From contig CAWCNY010000003.1 of NCBI GenBank assembly GCA_963797095.1, positions 800,001 to 864,000 on the forward strand: a stretch of 64,000 nt of DNA. The letters are read 5' to 3'. The notes below the pieces were generated by a model, which was given only the letters and a program-made list of their open reading frames with translations, did not search any database and was not told the origin of the DNA. Position 1 is the stretch's first letter. Every line of letters starts with the position of its first letter. Below are positions 10,101 to 20,244 of this stretch, in pieces. Both the position numbers and the translations under genes were made by a program. The DNA comes from an uncultured Chloroflexia bacterium (GTDB lineage: Bacteria > Chloroflexota > Chloroflexia > QHBQ01 > JADMIH01).

Positions 10101-10403
10101 CGCGGCCTGAATACTTACGACGCCCTTGTGCAGGGAGGCCGCACGAGAGTACGCCCGATCCTGATGACCGCTATCGTCACTATACTGGCGTTGGTGCCGC
10201 TCGCCCTCAGCGTTGGCAGCAGCGATAGCTTCCTGACCTCCGACCTGGCGATCGTGGTGATGGGCGGGCTATTCACCTCCACCTTCCTGACACTGCTTGT
10301 GGTGCCCGTTGTGTATAGCCTGGTTGATGGAGCGCGCGGACGGCTGAGGGGCGGAGCCAGGGTGCCTGCCGCAACGACATCTCAAGCGCCTGAAGCAGCG
10401 TAA
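7149..10403 (+). CDS. RND efflux transporter permease (AcrB/SwrC-like)
   Basis: ELFPNISFP, YPGAS, GRVVDDSIVVLENI, GIVVTNAIVL and RVRPILMT motifs. AGGAG RBS before a TTG start. Confidence 0.93.
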   Translation: MIVLTKQALKRPSITLVIAVATVVFGLLTLGSVKQELFPNISFPIVSVTTVYPGASAEVVDQDVTAPVEHAISGIPGIQSSQSTSAEGFAFTIIQFDVNADLKEAKANVQDKISALKLPSGVQTPQVGTFDFTSLPAINASVSGKDNSVSLSDVQSRMESEVAPALSAIPGVSNVSLTGGEQTQVLVTLNPTSLAQNNLTQQQIVQVLQANNLLYPVGTLDEGGRSLPLRVTHQYSSTAEIANLVIGIKGLNLTGSGAGGATAPGTTGTNPSQTQPHIPNSMLLHLKDVATVELSKTGGATITRTNGQPNLGLQIFTDQNANIVDVTGAVKKVLQDAQNAQSDTPITFKIISEQATTIQNSIGGVAQEGLLGALVAVVVIFLFLLSLRTTLIAAVSIPVSVVVALIMMQLQGFSLNVITLGGLAVAIGRVVDDSIVVLENIYRHVRKGDDVNTSVLEGVREVAGAITTSTLTTVAVFLPLGLAGGLVSKLFLPFSLTVTYALLSSLLVALTVVPLLARLFMGRLQTGAHEGDTWLQRVYTPVLKWALRYRWATLGIAALLFVVSIGVATQLKFTFIPDTAQKNISIKLTTPPGTDLQTTTARVLQVEDIARNLQSQGKVADIQTTIGQGGNSLSSAALAGRTGTSTPNQASITLALPANSGDPQALADSIKAQIGQIGGFNSVTVQTVGASSFAAGGASTGLDIVLVSPDQAALRAANQKILDRIGGDKGADLNVTNVTSNLADVKPALKIDVDPQKAILHGTTTAQVALQIQSLLNGQSIGNVTLVGQDASNAGDAGKPLNLFVQVDPASITLQSLRDMKVGTLNPVALSEIATIDEVPGAISITRINGDQAASITGQITSNDTINVQNRVVSEIKKLDLPAGVQVSGGAQAQSQAQALGGLGTALLVAIALVYIVMLFWSGSFLNPFVILFSLPLAAIGAIWGLFITGKPIGITSLVGMLMLIGIVVTNAIVLLDLVEQHKARGLNTYDALVQGGRTRVRPILMTAIVTILALVPLALSVGSSDSFLTSDLAIVVMGGLFTSTFLTLLVVPVVYSLVDGARGRLRGGARVPAATTSQAPEAA

Positions 10404-10437
10404 CCAGCGTAAGAATAAGGTGGCTGTAAATTACAGA

Positions 10438-10481
10438 AGCAAACAAACACCTGCTCGGCACCGAGCAGGTGTTTGTTTGCT
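10438..10481 (+). terminator. Perfect 21-bp inverted repeat after the RND gene (probable terminator)
   Basis: AGCAAACAAACACCTGCTCGG-CA-CCGAGCAGGTGTTTGTTTGCT. Confidence 0.75.
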
Positions 10482-10558
10482 GGAGTTCCTCATACCCAAC
10501 AGGCCACGACCGTGGAAACCTGTGATACACTATAGAAGCGAGAAGTGGGTAGGCTGGT

Positions 10559-12205
10559 ATGAGTGTGGAATCGAGCGTCAATAGCAGCATAGCTGATCAA
10601 GAGGAGCCGGTGCGCGCCTTACTTCAGGATGCGCTGATGCTGCCTGCACCACTCAACACCAACATTCACAAAAGCGATCAGATGTACAATTTCATCACTT
10701 CCGCTCGTGGAAGCGAATTGATCGCCCGCTCCGAGTACTTCACTTCCGGCGTCTATTTGCTTAAGATAGTCGAACAACTGGTCCTATGGAAGTTCGGCTC
10801 ATTTGAAGGCGTGCGGTCGTTTCTCGACTTCGCCAGCGGCTACGGCAGGCTCACCCGGTTCCTCGTACAGGACCTGCCCGCTGAGCGCATCTGGGTGTCC
10901 GATATTCAAGCCGAGGCGGTGGCTTTTCAGCGATCTGAGCTCGGAGTGCATGGCTTTGTCTCCACCCTCGATCCCGACGCCCTGGAATGCGATGAGCTAT
11001 TCGACTGCATCTTTGTGGTCTCCCTCTTCAGCCATCTCCCACCCACAACATTCGTCCGGTGGTTGAAGAAACTCTACAGCCTGCTAAAGCCCGGTGGGCT
11101 ACTTGCTTTCACGGTGCATGACGAGAGCGGCCTGGCAGCGAGCGAAGCAATGCCCGACAGCGGCATCTCCTTCTCAGAAGGAAGCGAGATCGACTCGCTC
11201 GATACACAAGACTACGGCCGCACAATAGTTACAGAAGCTTTCGTACGCCGCTCCATCACCGAAGCCACCGGACGCCCGGTTTACAGGCGTATCCCATTCG
11301 GGATGCTGTTGCACCAGGATATCTACCTTGTCGCCAACGAGCCATCATCCGACTTTTCCGGCCTGCATTTCTCCTATTTACCTCATGGCGCGGTCGATTA
11401 TGCCCTGTGGAGGGGGCCGAATGAGCTATATGTGCGGGGCTGGGCCGCAGATATGGACGAGGCACGTCCGCCCGTCGAAGTGCATATTTTCGTCGATGGG
11501 CAGCTCCGCCAGAAATGCACCCCCTCTATCTTTCGCACCGATGTGCGCGAGCACTTCAAGGACGACAGGTTTCTTCATGCAGGGTGGGACTGTTCCTGCC
11601 ACTTCACCGATAACGACCCCACCCGGCTGCTCACGATAAAGGCCATATCGGGTAGCGGGGTCGAATCGCTCCTCTATATCGGCGCTATCGCCCCGCTTCT
11701 GCCTGCTGGCAAGGCCGAACTGTGCCTCTGGATAAAGCCGGGCGAGCTATACGTGAAGGGGTGGGCTGCCGATGCATCCGGCTACGACTCACCTGTGGAG
11801 GTAGAGATATCGGTGAACCGGCAGCTTCGGCAAAGGGTCAAGCCCTCCGTGTACCGCCCGGAGTTGTACGAGCACTTTCAAGACGACAGATTCTTACGCG
11901 CCGGCTGGGAATGCCTCTGCCGGCTGGACGAGAGCGATCCGAGCCAGGAGATAGTGGTGAAAAGCAAATCGGGCGGCGGGGAGTCGCTGCTTTATCGCGG
12001 TACAATTGGCGCGCTTGAAGCGCAGGGCGATATCGCATTCGGCCAGCTACGCGAAGCGCTGATCCGCTTGCAGGCCGACCTGCACCGTCGCCTGGAGTAT
12101 ATCAGGCACCTTGAGACCGAAATAGCCCACAAAAACGAGGCGTTGGCGAATCTGGAAACCAACGAGCGTCGCTGGCCCTGGCAGCGCCGCCCGCCTCTCA
12201 GTTAG
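10559..12205 (+). CDS. Class I SAM-dependent methyltransferase with duplicated ~95-aa domain and C-terminal coiled coil
   Basis: FLDFASGYGRLTR motif I, FDCIFVVSLFSHL, LKPGGLL. Two copies of LW..P.ELYV.GWAAD...EHF.DDRFL.AGW...ESLLY.G.I. Confidence 0.85.
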   Translation: MSVESSVNSSIADQEEPVRALLQDALMLPAPLNTNIHKSDQMYNFITSARGSELIARSEYFTSGVYLLKIVEQLVLWKFGSFEGVRSFLDFASGYGRLTRFLVQDLPAERIWVSDIQAEAVAFQRSELGVHGFVSTLDPDALECDELFDCIFVVSLFSHLPPTTFVRWLKKLYSLLKPGGLLAFTVHDESGLAASEAMPDSGISFSEGSEIDSLDTQDYGRTIVTEAFVRRSITEATGRPVYRRIPFGMLLHQDIYLVANEPSSDFSGLHFSYLPHGAVDYALWRGPNELYVRGWAADMDEARPPVEVHIFVDGQLRQKCTPSIFRTDVREHFKDDRFLHAGWDCSCHFTDNDPTRLLTIKAISGSGVESLLYIGAIAPLLPAGKAELCLWIKPGELYVKGWAADASGYDSPVEVEISVNRQLRQRVKPSVYRPELYEHFQDDRFLRAGWECLCRLDESDPSQEIVVKSKSGGGESLLYRGTIGALEAQGDIAFGQLREALIRLQADLHRRLEYIRHLETEIAHKNEALANLETNERRWPWQRRPPLS

Positions 12206-12630
12206 CAGCGCCTACCTGGGCGTGATTCGAGGCCAAACTCTTACCTTTTGGCTACATTCCACATCGGAAAACTGTGATACACTATAGAGGGTGGGCGACA
12301 GCAGTGTAGGAACCCGCAAGGGCTTGCGCACGCGAGCTTCACTGCCTATCTTTCTCTATAGATGCGTAAATTGGAAGATCCGGCCCCGGATTTGTGCTCC
12401 AGTTGGGATATGTCGCACTACTATATGTTAACGCTCTTGTATTGAATTTTCGCTGGGAGATTTACGAAACGCATCTGATAGTGTAAACTGGAAGACAGTC
12501 TTGAGGTGATCCGGGCTCAGTACGCAATACGCAATACGCAGTCCCTGCCTCGCTCACCCCAGGAATTCAATCCAAAGCCTTTCATTACTCGCCCGTTTCA
12601 ACTTGGTTTCGCTTTGCATGGAGGCACCTA

Positions 12631-15600
12631 ATGAACCGGCAAACACTCAGGCCACGACTGCGAGCGTGGTCCTTCTTCTTTGCCTTGACGCTGGCGCTGC
12701 TTATTGTCGATCAAGGCTTATCGCCTATGATAAGCTCGTTCGCCGCCGGCGCCGCGGCGAACAGTACCGGCAGCCCGGCAGCTATCGTCACCGCCAATGA
12801 GCCTTTGGCGGCTTCCCTGCCCGTCCAGGAAGCGGCTCTGCCCATCTCCTCGGCCGCCAGCGCCCTGCAAGCGCCGAGCAATTCAGCGCCTGTGGCAGCG
12901 GCCCCCGATGCCGTTACTATTACTGCCACCAAGCGCGACGGCATAGCGGTTGACCTCAACAGCGACGGCAACGTCAACCCTGGCGACACCATAAGCTACA
13001 CCGTCACGATCACCAACAGCGGCACCAGCGACGCCACGGGGGTGGTGTTCAGCGACCCCATTGATCCGAACACCACCCTGGTAGCAGGCTCAATTGATGT
13101 CGGGCCTATCGCCTTCAACGACGTTTACACCACCGTAGGCAACACCGTGCTGGCCGTCGGCGTGTCCGAGGCCGGGCCGCACGTGACCCTTCCCTCTACA
13201 AGCGGCCTGCTCGCCAACGACGTAGACATCGACGGGGCCATTACCCTCACCTCCGCCAGCGGCAGCAGTTCCCAGGGCGGCACCGTCACGGCCAGCTCCG
13301 ACGGCACTTTCCGCTACCTGCCGCCCGTCGGCTTCACCGGCACCGATACCTTCCAGTACACCATCAGCGACGCCCAGAACCTCAACAGCGTCGCCACCGC
13401 CACCATCAACGTGGTCAATCGCGTCTGGTACGTGAACAATGCCCTCGGCTCCAACGGCGACGGGCGCTCCTCGTCGCCGTTCAACGCCCTCACCAACGTC
13501 AACGGCGCGGGCGGCGTGGGCGACTCCGATGGGCCTAACGACTACATCTACTTATTTACGGGCAGCGGCAACTACACGGGCGGCCTGCCCCTGGAGGCCA
13601 GCCAGACCCTCATCGGGGAGGGGGTAGCCCTGGTAGTGAGCGGCTTCATCCTCAACGCTGCAGGCTCGCGGCCAACGATCACCAACTCCGGCGGCGACGC
13701 TATAGCGCTCAGCACCAACAACACGATCTCCGGCCTGAACGTGCTAACCGGCGGGGCGGCTCTGTTCGGAGTTCGCGGCACAAGCGTGGGCACCCTCACA
13801 ATCAACAACGCCTCGATCAGCGGGGCGGGCCAACCTGTTGACATCGTGACAGGCGCGCTCGCCGTCACATTTGACAGCATCTCCACCACGAGCAGCAGCA
13901 ACAGGGGCGTGAACCTCGATACCGTAACAGGCTCGTTCGCGGGCAACGGCGGCTCCCTAGCGGGCATCACCGGCACAGCCTTCAGGGTGAACGCAGGCAC
14001 AGCTACCGTCTCCTACTCCGGCACGCTCACCAATACGGCGGGCCTCTCGGTGCAGGTCACCAACCGCTCAGGCGGCAGCGCCACCTTCAGCGGCGCGATC
14101 ACCGACACCGGCACCGGCATTTCGCTCACGAGCAACACAGGCTCAACCGTCACATTCTCAGGCGGTATCTCGGCCAGCACAGGCGCGAACACCGCCTTCA
14201 CCGCCACCGGCGGCGGCACAGTCAACGTCACCGGCGGCAACGTGCTCACCACCACCACGGCCACAGCCCTCAACGTAGCCAACACCACCATCGGCGCGAG
14301 CAACATCAACTTCCGCAGCATAGCCTCCAACGGCGCGGCCAGCGGCATAATCTTGAATAACACGGGCGCAAGCGGCGGCCTGGTAGTCACCGGGGGAAGC
14401 ACCGCCGGCAGCGGCGGCACGATCCAGAACTCGACAGGCGATGGCATGTCGTTGCAGAGCACGCGCAATGTATCTCTCAGCTACATGAGCATCACCAACA
14501 ACAACGGCAACGGTATCTTCGGCAACCAGCTTACCAACTTCACGATAGCCAACAGCGGCGTCACCAACAACGACGCCGACAACGTGGGCACCGCCGAGGC
14601 GGGCCTCCGCTTCGGAGTGCTCCTCGGCACCTGCGCCATCACCAACACCACCGTCAGCGGCACCAAGGGCGACAACATCCGCATGGACCCGAGCAGCGGC
14701 ACCCTCACCAACCTCACCATCAGCGGTTCCACCATCGGCCCCAACCCCGTCGGCACGGGCGGCAACGGGCTTGCCCTGGTCACCACCGGCAGCGCCGTCG
14801 CCACCATCACGGTCAACGGGTCGAGCCTCTTCACGGGCAACCAGGCGAGCGGCTTCCTGACCACCATCGCGGGCGGCACCTCGGCCACCATCAACATCAG
14901 CAACTCCACCTTCCAGGACAACAACATCAACGTTGACCTGGGGAGCAGCGGCACCGGCGCTCAAGTCATCAACGTCAGCAACAACACCCTCCTGCGGGCC
15001 ATCTCTAACTCGATGAACATCGTCGGCGACGGCGACATCGACGGCACTATCACCGGCAACACCATCGGCAACGGCCTTGCCGACTCTGGTTCGCGCGACG
15101 CTTACGATATAGGTGTAAGCCACCGCAGTAATCTGGGCTGGCGGCTCGCGATCACCAATAACATCGTGCGTCACAGCGACTTCGAGGGGATCTTCGTCCG
15201 CTCAGGCGATATTACCGGCACCTCCGGCACCCTGGACCTCACGGTGACGGGCAACACGGTCTCTCCGCCCGACGACAACTCAGGCTTCCCGGCCTCCCCA
15301 CGAGGTATTTACGTCCGCTCGCGTCAGAACACCTCCCTTTGCGCTTACATCGCCAACAACGAGAGCCAGGGTAACGGCAACGCGGGCTTCCACCTTCAGG
15401 AGAGCGATGCCTCCGCCTTGAGATTGCAAGGCTTCACCGTAGACGGGGCCACCACCATAACGGCCAACGGCAACCACACCAATGGGGGCGCGCCAACCAC
15501 CACTACCTTCGGTGAGCCGTTCGCTGGCGGCTGCACAGTGCTGCCTCCTCCTGAGCCGAACTCGCCCGATGCCTCGCAGGATGCGGGCACCACAACCCCG

Positions 15601-17940
15601 GTAGACACGACCACCCCCTCACAGGGCGACGAGAACGAGTCCAAAGCTACCCCCAACAGCACTGGCACCAGAGACGCCAGGCAGATGCCCCTCGCCGAGA
15701 ACAGCAGCGCCGCCAAAGCCGAGGACCAGGCCAGCGGCACCGCTACCACTGCTACCACTACCACTACCACTACCACTACCACTACCACTACCACTACCAC
15801 CAAATCCAACGCCCAACCCACCACCGGCTCCAAGTCGAATCCGCAGGGCACACCTCAGTCAAAACCCCAGGCACCTGAGCTGGCATCCTTCCCCGCCAAC
15901 ATCGGCACTCTGCCCGCGGGCCAGCACATGACCATCATCTTCAGGGTGACGGTCAACGGGCCGCCGATCCCCGCCGGGGTGAATAACGTATCCAACCAGG
16001 GCACGATCTCGGGCTCCAACTTCTCCAACGTGCTCACCGATGACCCCGACACCGGCGCTCCCAATGACCCCACACTGACCGTGGTGGTGGCCGTGCCCGA
16101 CCTCTCTCTCAGCAAGGCCGACAGCGGGGCCACCTTCACAATAGGCCAGGTCGTCACCTACACGCTGGCTTACAGCAGCACCGGCACCCAGGGAGCCAGC
16201 GGCGTGGTGCTGACCGACACCGTGCCCCTCAACACCTCGTTCAACGCCGGGTCGAGCAGCGGAGGGTGGGCTTGCACGCCCAACGGCAACGCGGGCGGCG
16301 TTTGCACCAACCCTATTGGCGCGCTCCCCTCGGGCACAAACGGCTCCAAGATCTTCGCGCTCAATATACTTGCGGGTTTCCCGCCGGGTAGTAACGTCTT
16401 CACCAACACAGCCCAGATCGGCGATGACCACGCGAACGGCAACGATCCTACACCCGCCAACAACACCGCCAGCGATATGACATTTGTGTTCGTGCCAACA
16501 CCTACGCCCACCAACACTCCCACAAATACGCCCACCAATACACCTACCAACACACCAACGGACACTCCAACCAACACACCCACCAATACCCCAACCAATA
16601 CCCCAACCAGCACCGCCACCAACACAAACACGCCCACCGATACTCCTACAAATACGCCAACCAGCACCCCTACCGACACCCCGACCAATACCCCTACCGA
16701 CACCCCGACCAATACCCCTACCGACACCAACACTCCTACAAACACCCCTACGGTAACGCCCACGCCCACCGACACCCCGACCAACACCCCGACTGAAACT
16801 CCAACTAACACCCCCACAGATACACCGACAGTCACCCCCACCAACTCGCCTACAGATACTCCAACTCCTACCGACACGCCTACAAACACCCCAACAGATA
16901 CACCTACAAACACTCCTACCGATACCCCCACAAGCACGAACACCCCTACCGATACCCCCACAAGCACCAACACACCGACCGGCACACCAACTAACACCCC
17001 GACCAATACCCCCACAGATACACCCACCAGCACCGCCACCAACACAAACACCCCTACCGATACTCCTACCAACACGCCGACCTTCACGGCCACCAATACC
17101 GCCACAAATACGCCTACAGGCACCCTGACACCACAGCCGACCAATACGAGTACAAACACCCCAACCAATCCGCCAGGCAGCACGAACACACCAACCAACA
17201 CCGCCACCGACACCCCCACGGCCCCGGCGGCAACGAGCACGCAAACCAACATACCTGGAAACACGCCAACCAGCACGGCCAGCCCCACCGCCTGCGTCTT
17301 GAGCTTTACCGACGTCACACCCGACGATTGGTTCTACGAGTACGTTCAGTATCTGTACTGCCACGGTGTGGTCAACGGGTACAATACCAATCCGCCCTGC
17401 ACCACCGGCACCCCGTGCTTCAGGCCTGACGACGCTACCACAAGGGGCCAGATAGCCAAGATCGCGGTGCTGACCTTTGGCTTCACGATAGACACGACGG
17501 GAGGGCCTCACTTCTCCGATGTGGAGGTAGGCTCAACCTTCTACTCATATATCGAGACCGCCTATAACCTGGGCATCGTCAACGGCTACTCGGACCGCAC
17601 CTACAGGCCCGCCAACAACGTGACCAGGGGCCAGATAGCCAAGATCGTGGTGAACGCGGCCATCATCGCGGACCCCGGCCACTGGACTCTCTTGAACCCA
17701 GGCACCAACACCTTCCAGGACGTGGCGGTAGGCTCAACCTTCTTCCGGTGGATCGAAACGGCTTACGCTCACAACTTGATAGAGGGCTATCCTTGCGGCG
17801 GTCCCGGCGAGCCGTGCGGCACTGGCAACAAGCCCTACTTCAGGCCAGGTGCAGATGCCACCAGGGCGCAGATCAGCAAGATCGCTTACCTGTCGGTGAC
17901 AGATACTGCCCTAAAGCGAGGGCAAGTGTTTCAGCGCTGA
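12631..17940 (+). CDS. Large secreted surface protein: DUF11 and Ig-like domains, beta-helix, poly-Thr and PT linkers, C-terminal SLH domains
   Basis: Signal peptide; [13 protein letters not shown] (DUF11-like); LLAND...[19 protein letters not shown] (tandem Ig); N/G/S/T-rich repeats; FTDV/FSDV...[11 protein letters not shown] repeats. GGAGG RBS. Confidence 0.88.
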   Translation: MNRQTLRPRLRAWSFFFALTLALLIVDQGLSPMISSFAAGAAANSTGSPAAIVTANEPLAASLPVQEAALPISSAASALQAPSNSAPVAAAPDAVTITATKRDGIAVDLNSDGNVNPGDTISYTVTITNSGTSDATGVVFSDPIDPNTTLVAGSIDVGPIAFNDVYTTVGNTVLAVGVSEAGPHVTLPSTSGLLANDVDIDGAITLTSASGSSSQGGTVTASSDGTFRYLPPVGFTGTDTFQYTISDAQNLNSVATATINVVNRVWYVNNALGSNGDGRSSSPFNALTNVNGAGGVGDSDGPNDYIYLFTGSGNYTGGLPLEASQTLIGEGVALVVSGFILNAAGSRPTITNSGGDAIALSTNNTISGLNVLTGGAALFGVRGTSVGTLTINNASISGAGQPVDIVTGALAVTFDSISTTSSSNRGVNLDTVTGSFAGNGGSLAGITGTAFRVNAGTATVSYSGTLTNTAGLSVQVTNRSGGSATFSGAITDTGTGISLTSNTGSTVTFSGGISASTGANTAFTATGGGTVNVTGGNVLTTTTATALNVANTTIGASNINFRSIASNGAASGIILNNTGASGGLVVTGGSTAGSGGTIQNSTGDGMSLQSTRNVSLSYMSITNNNGNGIFGNQLTNFTIANSGVTNNDADNVGTAEAGLRFGVLLGTCAITNTTVSGTKGDNIRMDPSSGTLTNLTISGSTIGPNPVGTGGNGLALVTTGSAVATITVNGSSLFTGNQASGFLTTIAGGTSATINISNSTFQDNNINVDLGSSGTGAQVINVSNNTLLRAISNSMNIVGDGDIDGTITGNTIGNGLADSGSRDAYDIGVSHRSNLGWRLAITNNIVRHSDFEGIFVRSGDITGTSGTLDLTVTGNTVSPPDDNSGFPASPRGIYVRSRQNTSLCAYIANNESQGNGNAGFHLQESDASALRLQGFTVDGATTITANGNHTNGGAPTTTTFGEPFAGGCTVLPPPEPNSPDASQDAGTTTPVDTTTPSQGDENESKATPNSTGTRDARQMPLAENSSAAKAEDQASGTATTATTTTTTTTTTTTTTTTKSNAQPTTGSKSNPQGTPQSKPQAPELASFPANIGTLPAGQHMTIIFRVTVNGPPIPAGVNNVSNQGTISGSNFSNVLTDDPDTGAPNDPTLTVVVAVPDLSLSKADSGATFTIGQVVTYTLAYSSTGTQGASGVVLTDTVPLNTSFNAGSSSGGWACTPNGNAGGVCTNPIGALPSGTNGSKIFALNILAGFPPGSNVFTNTAQIGDDHANGNDPTPANNTASDMTFVFVPTPTPTNTPTNTPTNTPTNTPTDTPTNTPTNTPTNTPTSTATNTNTPTDTPTNTPTSTPTDTPTNTPTDTPTNTPTDTNTPTNTPTVTPTPTDTPTNTPTETPTNTPTDTPTVTPTNSPTDTPTPTDTPTNTPTDTPTNTPTDTPTSTNTPTDTPTSTNTPTGTPTNTPTNTPTDTPTSTATNTNTPTDTPTNTPTFTATNTATNTPTGTLTPQPTNTSTNTPTNPPGSTNTPTNTATDTPTAPAATSTQTNIPGNTPTSTASPTACVLSFTDVTPDDWFYEYVQYLYCHGVVNGYNTNPPCTTGTPCFRPDDATTRGQIAKIAVLTFGFTIDTTGGPHFSDVEVGSTFYSYIETAYNLGIVNGYSDRTYRPANNVTRGQIAKIVVNAAIIADPGHWTLLNPGTNTFQDVAVGSTFFRWIETAYAHNLIEGYPCGGPGEPCGTGNKPYFRPGADATRAQISKIAYLSVTDTALKRGQVFQR
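15754..15801 (+). repeat. (ACCACT)7-ACCACC microsatellite encoding 16 Thr
   Basis: Read directly from the sequence. Confidence 0.9.
16495..17290 (+). repeat. PT(N/D)T low-complexity coding repeat (~265 aa linker)
   Basis: Dozens of PTNT/PTDT units with degenerate codons. Confidence 0.9.
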
Positions 17941-17972
17941 GCGAAAGAGCCAGGGTCGCATGATCTGAATTT

Positions 17973-18008
17973 AAAAAAGCCAATGGCGAAACTGCCATTG
18001 GCTTTTTT
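17973..18008. terminator. Bidirectional intrinsic terminator
   Basis: AAAAAAGCCAATGGC-GAAACT-GCCATTGGCTTTTTT between convergent genes. Confidence 0.92.
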
Positions 18009-18022
18009 AGATTGCTATTCCC

Positions 18023-18448
18023 CTAAGATCCGGGCCTGGTGGGGAGACGGAAGATCCGACCGGCCACACCGTAGCCGCCATCTGCCACGTCCAGGATGTA
18101 ACACGTTACCCGCGTGCGGCTCTCATTCAGGGCCTTTCCCTCAATATCGGCGATAGCCTGTGTGACATCAGCAACCAGCCCCGCCTTGCTCTCGGCGTTG
18201 AGCACCCCTTCGGGCACCGTCACCACCACCCGGTAGCGCGGCTGGTCGAACAGCGTGGCGAGCTTGCCGCCGACCGCGTGCCCGTCGGGCGGCATATCGT
18301 GAATGTAGGCCCAGGCAAAGGCCTTGTTTGGCGAATCCTGCGGCACGCCCTCCCACTTAAAGAGCAGGTCGGTCAGAGTGCTCATCAGGGAGGCTTTCTT
18401 GCCCGACTCCATGGCACCGGCCGGCACATAGAGATCAAGTTGTGGCAC
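18023..18448 (-). CDS. 4-oxalocrotonate tautomerase-like protein (two fused beta-alpha-beta units)
   Basis: A GTG start behind AAAGGAG yields N-terminal Pro-1 (PQLDLY). Repeated K..L...T and G.aVGG/GVAG motifs. Confidence 0.8.
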   Translation of the reverse strand: MPQLDLYVPAGAMESGKKASLMSTLTDLLFKWEGVPQDSPNKAFAWAYIHDMPPDGHAVGGKLATLFDQPRYRVVVTVPEGVLNAESKAGLVADVTQAIADIEGKALNESRTRVTCYILDVADGGYGVAGRIFRLPTRPGS

Positions 18449-18538
18449 GACGAAAACTCCTTTCATGCGCTGCACGAGTAATATTGTTAGCGGTTCACAC
18501 TCCGACCATCATAAGGGTTGGTAACGCCCATGATTAGG

Positions 18539-18583
18539 ATTTTATACTAGAATATAATTCTTGTCGAGTGGCTGTGCTATAAT
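18539..18583. promoter_or_regulatory. Divergent promoters with candidate TetR operator
   Basis: Minus strand TCGACA-17-TAAAAT (18567-18539) with AGAAT-ATA-ATTCT in the spacer. Plus strand extended -10 TGCTATAAT (18575-18583). Confidence 0.6.
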
Positions 18584-18613
18584 TTGGCAAATAAGTGAGA
18601 GGCGAGTGACACG

Positions 18614-19219
18614 ATGGCGCGAGGCAAACTTGTAGCTAGCAGCGAGCGAAGGCGGCAGGAGATCATGGCCGCGGCGCTCGATTGCTTCACGGCCAAAGGC
18701 TTCAGCGAAACGAGCATGAGCGATATTCAGGAGCGGTCGGGTGCGAGCATGGGCAGCATCTACCATCACTTCGAGAGCAAAGAGCGGCTGGCCGCTGCTC
18801 TCTACCTGGAAGGCTTGAAGGGCGTTCACGGGGAGATAAGGCGTGTCCTAGCCGGTACCGAGCAGCCGGAGGCCGGGATCAAAGGACTGGTTAGGGCTTA
18901 TATAGACTGGTTCATGCAGCATCCCGACCTGGGACACTACCTGTTTCAAGGTATGGGAGCGCAGTATCTGGAAGTAGAGGGCGAGAAGATACGCGAGGAG
19001 ACCGGTATGTTGCGGCGCGACCTGGGAGGCTGGCTGCGGCCCCACATCGAATCGGGCAGGATCACCAACCTGCCAGGCGAACTTTACAGCCCGCTGATGC
19101 TCGGCCCCACACGCGAATTCTTGCAGCAATGGCTCGTACGCCGCAGCCCCACAGACGTGAGCGCGAGCAGCCAGGCCCTGGCTGACGCCGCCTGGAGAGC
19201 TTTAGCGGCGGCTCCCTGA
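18614..19219 (+). CDS. TetR/AcrR family transcriptional regulator
   Basis: IMAAALDCFTAKGFSETSMSDI...GSIYHHFESKE HTH. Confidence 0.93.
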   Translation: MARGKLVASSERRRQEIMAAALDCFTAKGFSETSMSDIQERSGASMGSIYHHFESKERLAAALYLEGLKGVHGEIRRVLAGTEQPEAGIKGLVRAYIDWFMQHPDLGHYLFQGMGAQYLEVEGEKIREETGMLRRDLGGWLRPHIESGRITNLPGELYSPLMLGPTREFLQQWLVRRSPTDVSASSQALADAAWRALAAAP

Positions 19220-19264
19220 CGGTGATCCACCAAGCAAGGTCATCGCAGCCCCAACACCTCGTCG

Positions 19265-19465
19265 CAGGGGCAGGCACCCCGCAAAGGCTCAGGAACAGCT
19301 CCAACGCGCCTGCCTCACCTTCGAGCCGGATCAGGCCGCGAGAAACCGCCTCGTCCGGCGCGACCTTGCCGGTAAGCAAGTCGAGATAGGTTGGCACATC
19401 TGTATAGAAGACCGCATCCGGGTCTACCGCTTCGCCTTGCTTGACTCTTCCCTGGGGTTGATCTA
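19265..19465 (-). pseudogene. Orphan SCP2-like domain fragment
   Basis: VKQGEAVDPDAVFYTD.PTYLDLLTGK..PDEA...GLIRLEGE...LELFL resembles the C-terminal SCP2 domain of HxlR-SCP2 regulators. No credible start or N-terminus; boundaries approximate. Confidence 0.55.
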
Positions 19466-19554
19466 TAATCTTTATAGAACATTTGTGCGGTTTCGCGCCG
19501 TACATTTCTCCAGATCTCTCAAATTACACAAGATCGCAAAAGGAGGGCCCCGGT

Positions 19555-20145
19555 ATGCTCCAGAGGAACCTCAGCCCCGGGCTCTATGTAGCGACACGCA
19601 CGATCCACCGGACAAATGCGGGGATAGAAGGCGCAATTGTAGCGCGCTTCGTCGCCAGGGCAACCGCCCTTGGCCCTCTGGTCCAGGCATCACCGAACCT
19701 CCAGGCCCGACTGCTGCAAGAGGTCAAGGCCGTAGCACTACGCATCAACGCAAGCACCGAGGTAGGGGTGCCCTCTGGCTACGGCAGACATGTCCTCTAT
19801 GAAGACCCCGACCGCTGGTCCCTCGCCGCCATTATCCTGCGGCCCGGCCAGCGTACAGAGTTACATGACCATGCCAGCTGGGGATGCGCGGTTACCGTCC
19901 AGGGCATCGAGCGCGACCGGCGCTTCGTACACGATGCCGAGGGGAACCCGATCCTGAGCGGCGAGCGCGACTACCTGCCTGGGACAGGCTATGTCTTCGA
20001 CCACATCGCTGTTCACCAACCGGTCGGCGCCGACCCGAGCCGGGTAACGGTAGCCCTCCACTTCCTGGCGCACGATATCCGCCGCAATAATTCACATCGC
20101 GAGATCGTTACACTATCAAGGCCAAGCATTGAGGATGCTGCATGA
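19555..20145 (+). CDS. Cysteine dioxygenase-like cupin protein
   Basis: YGRHVLY, PGQRTELHDH..WG, distal H (AVHQP) and ALHF. AAGGAGG RBS before ATG 19555. Confidence 0.75.
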   Translation: MLQRNLSPGLYVATRTIHRTNAGIEGAIVARFVARATALGPLVQASPNLQARLLQEVKAVALRINASTEVGVPSGYGRHVLYEDPDRWSLAAIILRPGQRTELHDHASWGCAVTVQGIERDRRFVHDAEGNPILSGERDYLPGTGYVFDHIAVHQPVGADPSRVTVALHFLAHDIRRNNSHREIVTLSRPSIEDAA

Positions 20146-20208
20146 AATCAGGTGCATCACCGAAAGACGCGCTCTGCGATCATTTCAGAAATTGGTCCAT
20201 CCGGCCCC

Positions 20209-20238
20209 TTGACATGTGACCTATTGGTCACATATAAT
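20209..20238 (+). promoter_or_regulatory. Consensus promoter with palindromic operator in the spacer; probably leaderless
   Basis: TTGACA (20209-14), 18 bp, TATAAT (20233-38). ATGTGACC-TATT-GGTCACAT at 20214-20233. ATG is 6 nt after the -10, with no SD. Confidence 0.8.
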
Positions 20239-20244
20239 AAGGGC

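Noticed and set aside
15859-17511. Long minus-strand ORFs (550 aa Gly/Arg-rich, 382 aa Val/Gly-rich)
   Set aside because: Antisense shadows of the PT repeat in the SLH protein.
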